A DNA stretch of 64,000 nucleotides from Opitutia bacterium. Lineage in GTDB: Bacteria > Verrucomicrobiota > Verrucomicrobiia > Opitutales > Opitutaceae. The notes beneath the pieces are model-generated. The model was not told the DNA's origin, did not search any database, and saw only the letters and a program-made list of their open reading frames with translations. The position numbers were made by a program, and so were the translations under genes. The stretch lies in NCBI GenBank assembly GCA_947478395.1, contig CANJVR010000002.1:288001-352000 (forward strand). The letters run 5' to 3'. Below, piece after piece: positions 59,526-64,000 of this stretch (its first letter is position 1; the number at the start of each line of letters is the position of its first letter).

Positions 59526-60269
59526 TTAAATGCTTTCCAACTCGATACGGTCAGCGAGTGAACTCGCGTAATTTTCGAGGTCGGTGACCATTTCGCGCGT
59601 GTGGCCGAGCAGCAGATTGTACCCGAAGACGGATGGAATCGCGACGACCAGACCAGCGATCGTGGCGAGCATCGCACCCGAAACGCCGGGGGCGAGTTCC
59701 TGGATGCCAGCCGTCTGCTGAACTGCGATGGAGCTGAAGGCTTCCATCACGCCCCAGACTGTACCCAGCAGGCCGATAAACGGTGCGCCGGATACGATCG
59801 AAGCCAGGAAAATCATGCTGGATTCGTAGCGGAGCGTCTGTCGGGCGAGCGCGCGTTGGAGCGCATTTTCCGCGTGCTCGAGGCTGGCGCGCGAATTGAC
59901 CGCCCCGCGCTCTTTGCCAATCGCGGCGGCCCGCCAGTAACTCTCCACGGCGTCGGCGAAAAGATCCGCGTACGGAATCGCGCGCTTGTTGCGAAACGAC
60001 TCAGGCAGGTCGAGCAGCGTGCGCTGGTCGCGCAGGTGGGCGTCGAAGCTCTGGTTTAGTAGTCGCAGGCGCTTTAGTTCGAAATATTTCCCCAGCATCA
60101 CCGTCCAGGCGACGAGACTAAAAACCGAGAGGCCGAGGACGATGACCTTGTCGACATTGTCGCAGCGATTGAAGACGTCGATGATGCTGGTCGATGCCAA
60201 CACAGGAGAAGGAAAGGACGGCACAAGCATGATGATGGGCGCAAGAGTTGGCGGCTTTGACGGGCGCAT
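59526..60269 (-). CDS. ExbB/TolQ/MotA family proton channel (start uncertain)
   Basis: LASIVSGAPFIGLLGTVWGVM, APGVSGAMLATIAGLVVAIPS. Confidence 0.92.
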   Translation of the reverse strand: MRPSKPPTLAPIIMLVPSFPSPVLASTSIIDVFNRCDNVDKVIVLGLSVFSLVAWTVMLGKYFELKRLRLLNQSFDAHLRDQRTLLDLPESFRNKRAIPYADLFADAVESYWRAAAIGKERGAVNSRASLEHAENALQRALARQTLRYESSMIFLASIVSGAPFIGLLGTVWGVMEAFSSIAVQQTAGIQELAPGVSGAMLATIAGLVVAIPSVFGYNLLLGHTREMVTDLENYASSLADRIELESI

Positions 60270-60419
60270 TCAACGGAAATTCCCACAAAGATATTCATGG
60301 TCCGCGCGATTCTGTTTGCCGCGGACAAACCGCGATTTTTTGCTGCGCTCCGATCCCGTTCGCTGCCGCAGCACGAAACCCTCCTCGCTAACGACGACGA
60401 ACGCGGCTCCACTTTTCCC

Positions 60420-61067
60420 ATGCCGCACAACCAAAAACCTCTAGGCAAACTGCTCTCGTTCGAAGGCTCCGAAGGCTCCGGCAAGTCCACGCAGATTTCT
60501 CGCCTTGCGGCCCATTTCCAGAAGGCCGGTCGCGACGTGGTTACGGTCCGCGAGCCCGGCGGCACCGAGATTGGCGAGCAAATCCGCAATATTATTGTCC
60601 ACAATTCGAAGGGCGACGAGATGTGCGCGGAGACCGAGCTGCTGCTCTTCGCCGCCGCCCGGGCCCAACTTGTACGGGAGATCATCGCCCCCGCCCTGAT
60701 CGCGGGCAAAATTGTGCTGAGCGATCGCTTCCTCGACTCTTCGACGGTGTACCAAGGGATCGCGCGCAACTTGGCCGCCGACCCCGTGGCGCAAATCAAC
60801 CGCTTCGCCGTTGGCGACGTGATGCCGAGCCTGACCGTCGTGATCGACGTGCCCACCGAGGTGAGCCTCGCCCGACTTAAGCAGCGCGCCACCGATTTGC
60901 CGGATCGCATGGAGCGCGAGAACCTCGATTTCTATACGAAGGTCCGCGAAGGCTACCTGGTTCTGGCCAAAAGCATGCCGGAACGTTTCATCGTCGTCGA
61001 CGGCACCAAATCAGAGGACGCCGTGGAAAAGAAAATCTGGGCTGAGGTGCAGGCGCGGCTCAGCTGA
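60420..61067 (+). CDS. tmk: Thymidylate kinase
   Basis: FEGSEGSGKSTQ, REPGGT, ELLLFAAARAQ, SDRFLDSSTVYQG. Confidence 0.95.
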   Translation: MPHNQKPLGKLLSFEGSEGSGKSTQISRLAAHFQKAGRDVVTVREPGGTEIGEQIRNIIVHNSKGDEMCAETELLLFAAARAQLVREIIAPALIAGKIVLSDRFLDSSTVYQGIARNLAADPVAQINRFAVGDVMPSLTVVIDVPTEVSLARLKQRATDLPDRMERENLDFYTKVREGYLVLAKSMPERFIVVDGTKSEDAVEKKIWAEVQARLS

Positions 61068-61124
61068 TTAATTTCCGGCAGCGCAGGCCACCGCACTTCC
61101 CTTTCCCGATCACGCTCATTCCCG

Positions 61125-62108
61125 ATGTCCGTCGCCGTTGTCGCTTGGCCCGATTCGCTTATTGGCACGCCGGGGATAGCCGTGATCGAACAGGCCATAG
61201 CTCGCGGCCGGCTTTCGCATAGTCTGCTTCTGCACGGCGACGACCTCGGGACGCTCGTCGGCGTGGCTCACGCGATCGCGGATCGCCTGCTGAACACGCC
61301 GGAATCATTCGCGCACTTCGCGGTCAAGGAGCATCCCGACTATTTGCCGCTGCGCCCGAAAGGGAAAATGCGGATCATCCCGATCGGCAAGGCCGATTCG
61401 CCCGAGCCAGGTACCATGCGGGAATTTCTGCCGAAGCTCTACGTGACCGCGGCCGTCGCGCGCCGGAAAGTTGCCATCATCTACGAAGCGGACCGGATGA
61501 ATCACGAATCGGCCAACGCGTTTCTCAAGACCCTCGAGGAGCCGCCCGCGCACACCATGCTCCTGTTGCTGACGACGCGACCCTACGCGTTGCTACCGAC
61601 CATCCGGAGCCGCGTGCTGCATTTCCGTTTTCCTTCGGCCGCCGAGCCCGTCTCGGTTGATGGCTGGACGGCGTGGATCGAAGATTACCGCGCTTGGCTA
61701 GCGCGCCTGGGTGAAAGCACGACCGACAAACGTGCGGTCGCAGATCACGTTTTCACGATCTACGGTTTGGTCGCTCGATTTGCCGCGGTCCTGGATTTCG
61801 CGACGGCTGAAATCTGGAAACAGCAAAAGGAAAAACTTCCGGCGGATATCAAGGACGACGAAATTGACGCGATCGAAACCGGCATCGCCAACGGTATTAG
61901 GCTGCGTCTCTTCGCCGAGATCGAAGCCGCGACGCGCAATCATGCCCTGCCTCGCGTCATCGCGGGCGACCTCGCGTCGGGCCGCGCGTTGACCGCCAGT
62001 GTCGATATCCTCGAACACACCGTAGGCTTGCTGCGGCTGAATTTGAATGAATCCGCTGCGCTGGAAAATTTTTTGCTGAGTGCGCTCCGAATCTGGACGC
62101 GACGCTAG
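61125..62108 (+). CDS. holB: DNA polymerase III delta' subunit-like
   Basis: RLSHSLLLHG, HPDY, ADRMNHESANAFLKTLEEPP, LLPTIRSR; follows tmk. Confidence 0.88.
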   Translation: MSVAVVAWPDSLIGTPGIAVIEQAIARGRLSHSLLLHGDDLGTLVGVAHAIADRLLNTPESFAHFAVKEHPDYLPLRPKGKMRIIPIGKADSPEPGTMREFLPKLYVTAAVARRKVAIIYEADRMNHESANAFLKTLEEPPAHTMLLLLTTRPYALLPTIRSRVLHFRFPSAAEPVSVDGWTAWIEDYRAWLARLGESTTDKRAVADHVFTIYGLVARFAAVLDFATAEIWKQQKEKLPADIKDDEIDAIETGIANGIRLRLFAEIEAATRNHALPRVIAGDLASGRALTASVDILEHTVGLLRLNLNESAALENFLLSALRIWTRR

Positions 62109-62184
62109 GAGCGTGGCCGAACAACTCTCGGCCCGGAGGTCAGCGCGGTCCTTCTGATTGCCGGTGCGAACGCCGCCGAGGGCG

Positions 62185-62943
62185 CTACACCAACCGCACG
62201 AACGCCTCGCGCGTTTCCATGTGCGGGTTGTGGCCCGAATGCGGGATAATCTCCAGGCGCGCGTTCGGGAAATAGCCCGTCACTGCGCCCCAGTCTCCCG
62301 GCTCGACGTAGTGCGACTTTCCGCCCGCGATCAACTGCGTCGAGCCGTCGAAGCGATCCGCGGGCCCGAGTGGATTTTTTTCCAAGGCGGGAAGCGCCGC
62401 GGTCAACGCGGGAAGATTGACGATCCAGCGCCAGGCTCCGGAGGGAGTTTGCTCAAGATTGGTCGCGAGAAATTTTCGCATCGCCCAGTCGTCCACCCGC
62501 GCCTCGAACCGCAGCTCGGCTTCGGCCCGTGACTGCAGGCTGCCCAGATCGAGTTCGTTCATCGCGGCAAACTCGGCCCGGTGCGCGAGCCAGAAATAGT
62601 CTTTCGGGGCCGTGTCGACGATGATCAACCGCTCCACCCGCTCGGGGTGGCGCGAGGCCAATAGCATCGCCACCTTTCCGCCCATGCTGTGCCCCATCAG
62701 CGTCACGCGGGGCAGCTGTTGCGCATTCAGCCATTCCACGACGTCGTTCATCATCGCCGCGTAGCTCATGTCGGCTGCGTGGGGCGAACCGCCGTGATTC
62801 CGCAGATCGAGCGCAAAAACATGAAACCTCGCGGAGAGATCGCGTCCCGCCGTCTGCCAGTTGCGCGACGAGCCCAGCAGCCCGTGCAGAATGACGAGCG
62901 GCGGCTGGCCCGTACCACCCAGATCGCGATGTGAAAGCACCAT
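62185..62943 (-). CDS. Alpha/beta hydrolase (YbfF-like esterase)
   Basis: LHGLLGSSRNW, DLRNHGGS, GHSMGGKVAM, SGHNPH. Confidence 0.9.
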   Translation of the reverse strand: MVLSHRDLGGTGQPPLVILHGLLGSSRNWQTAGRDLSARFHVFALDLRNHGGSPHAADMSYAAMMNDVVEWLNAQQLPRVTLMGHSMGGKVAMLLASRHPERVERLIIVDTAPKDYFWLAHRAEFAAMNELDLGSLQSRAEAELRFEARVDDWAMRKFLATNLEQTPSGAWRWIVNLPALTAALPALEKNPLGPADRFDGSTQLIAGGKSHYVEPGDWGAVTGYFPNARLEIIPHSGHNPHMETREAFVRLV

Positions 62944-63069
62944 TCAAAAAAGGTGGGGGTGGCGAGCCGCGTGGAGCGAGTAGAAATCCCTTTTTCCGGC
63001 TAAGGCCTTTCGGGTAAATTTCCTCCTCGCTACCCGCCAATCACTCCTCGCACCTTTTCGCTGCCGAAC

Positions 63070-64000
63070 ATGTCCGCACCCGCCGAAACCACCAAGCTGA
63101 CGCCGATGATGCAGCAGTACTTCGAGGTGAAACGCGGTCTCGCGCCTGATACCCTGCTGCTGTTTCGCCTCGGGGATTTTTACGAAATGTTCTTCGACGA
63201 CGCCGTGGTCGCGTCGCGCCTGCTGGGTCTCACGCTGACCAAGCGCCAGGAAACGCCGATGGCCGGCCTGCCGTTTCACGCCGCCGACAACTACATCGGC
63301 AAACTCCTCGCGGCCGGGAAAAAAGTCGCCATCTGCGATCAGGCCGAACCGGCCAAGGCCGGGAAACTTGTCCGACGTCAGCTCACGCGCATCCTCTCGC
63401 CCGGCACCACGCTTGCGGCCAGCCAGCTCGACGCCGCCCGCAATCACTACCTGTGCGCCGTGGTTTTTGATCAAGCCGGCCTGCACGCCGCGTGGCTCGA
63501 TCTTTCCACGGGCGAATTCAAACTGGCGACCGACATCCGCATCGCCGATCTGCTGCCGGTCCTGACGGCCCTCGATCCCGCGGAACTCCTCGTCGTCGAA
63601 GGCGCCCTCGCCCACTGGCAGTCCGCACCGCACGATCAAACTGCGACCCACGCGCTGCACGCGTTTGCGGCCGCGCGCATCGTCACCGAGCAGCCCGCCT
63701 ACCAGTTTGAAACCGCCACGGGCGCGAAGACCGTGATGGACACGCTCGGGGTCATCAACCTGCAAGGCTTCGGTCTCGCGCATTCCCACCCTGCCCTCGG
63801 CCCGGCGGGCGCGCTCGTTTACTACGCGACCGAAAATCTTTGCGCGAAGCCGGAAAATCTCCGCGGCCTGCAGGAATACCGCAGCGCCCGCACGCTCCTC
63901 CTCGACCCGGCGACGCTGCGCAACCTGGAGATTTTCTCGTCGAGTCACGGCGCCCGCGAAGGCTCCCTGCTTAACGCCGTCAACCGCACCGCGACGTCGG
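63070..64000 (+). CDS. mutS: DNA mismatch repair protein MutS (5' part; runs off the window)
   Basis: Translation from ATG 63070: LTPMMQQYFEVK...LLLFRLGDFYEMFFDDA...PMAGLPFHA...KVAICDQ; absent from the ORF track because it has no stop in the window. Confidence 0.96.
   Translation, partial: MSAPAETTKLTPMMQQYFEVKRGLAPDTLLLFRLGDFYEMFFDDAVVASRLLGLTLTKRQETPMAGLPFHAADNYIGKLLAAGKKVAICDQAEPAKAGKLVRRQLTRILSPGTTLAASQLDAARNHYLCAVVFDQAGLHAAWLDLSTGEFKLATDIRIADLLPVLTALDPAELLVVEGALAHWQSAPHDQTATHALHAFAAARIVTEQPAYQFETATGAKTVMDTLGVINLQGFGLAHSHPALGPAGALVYYATENLCAKPENLRGLQEYRSARTLLLDPATLRNLEIFSSSHGAREGSLLNAVNRTATS

Noticed and set aside
62944..63948. 334-aa minus-strand ORF
   Set aside because: Antisense shadow of mutS on the + strand.

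Overview
GC-rich bacterial chromosomal window. The gene set and protein style suggest Verrucomicrobia/Opitutales (inference). Housekeeping flanks: left (decayed LuxR-type regulator, tRNA-Lys, ECF sigma/anti-sigma, ruvA, dapB, dapA, fabD, lepA, lepB) and right (galE, cupin, two ThuA-like proteins, NtrC-type regulator, M50 protease, tRNA-Ala, TonB/ExbD/ExbB-like trio, tmk, holB, esterase, 5' part of mutS). Between them is a visibly more AT-rich accessory island of about 33 kb (~9.1-42.2 kb). It carries (i) a module of orphan or degenerate proteins: a ParB-like domain, a very divergent sigma-70-like protein with a large unknown N-terminus, a helical-repeat protein, a P-loop protein and an ASCH protein; (ii) an almost self-contained, co-oriented type IV pilus locus: twin major pilins, minor pilins, PilT, PilMNOP-like, PilB, PilC, two modular Ig-repeat adhesins and a secretin; (iii) an HDOD protein and duplicated stand-alone receiver domains; and (iv) an orphan mini CRISPR array at its right edge. 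Right of the island is a type II FAS + two CrtI-like oxidoreductase + OleA/OleB lipid cluster. All calls come from reading motifs by eye; no searches were run.
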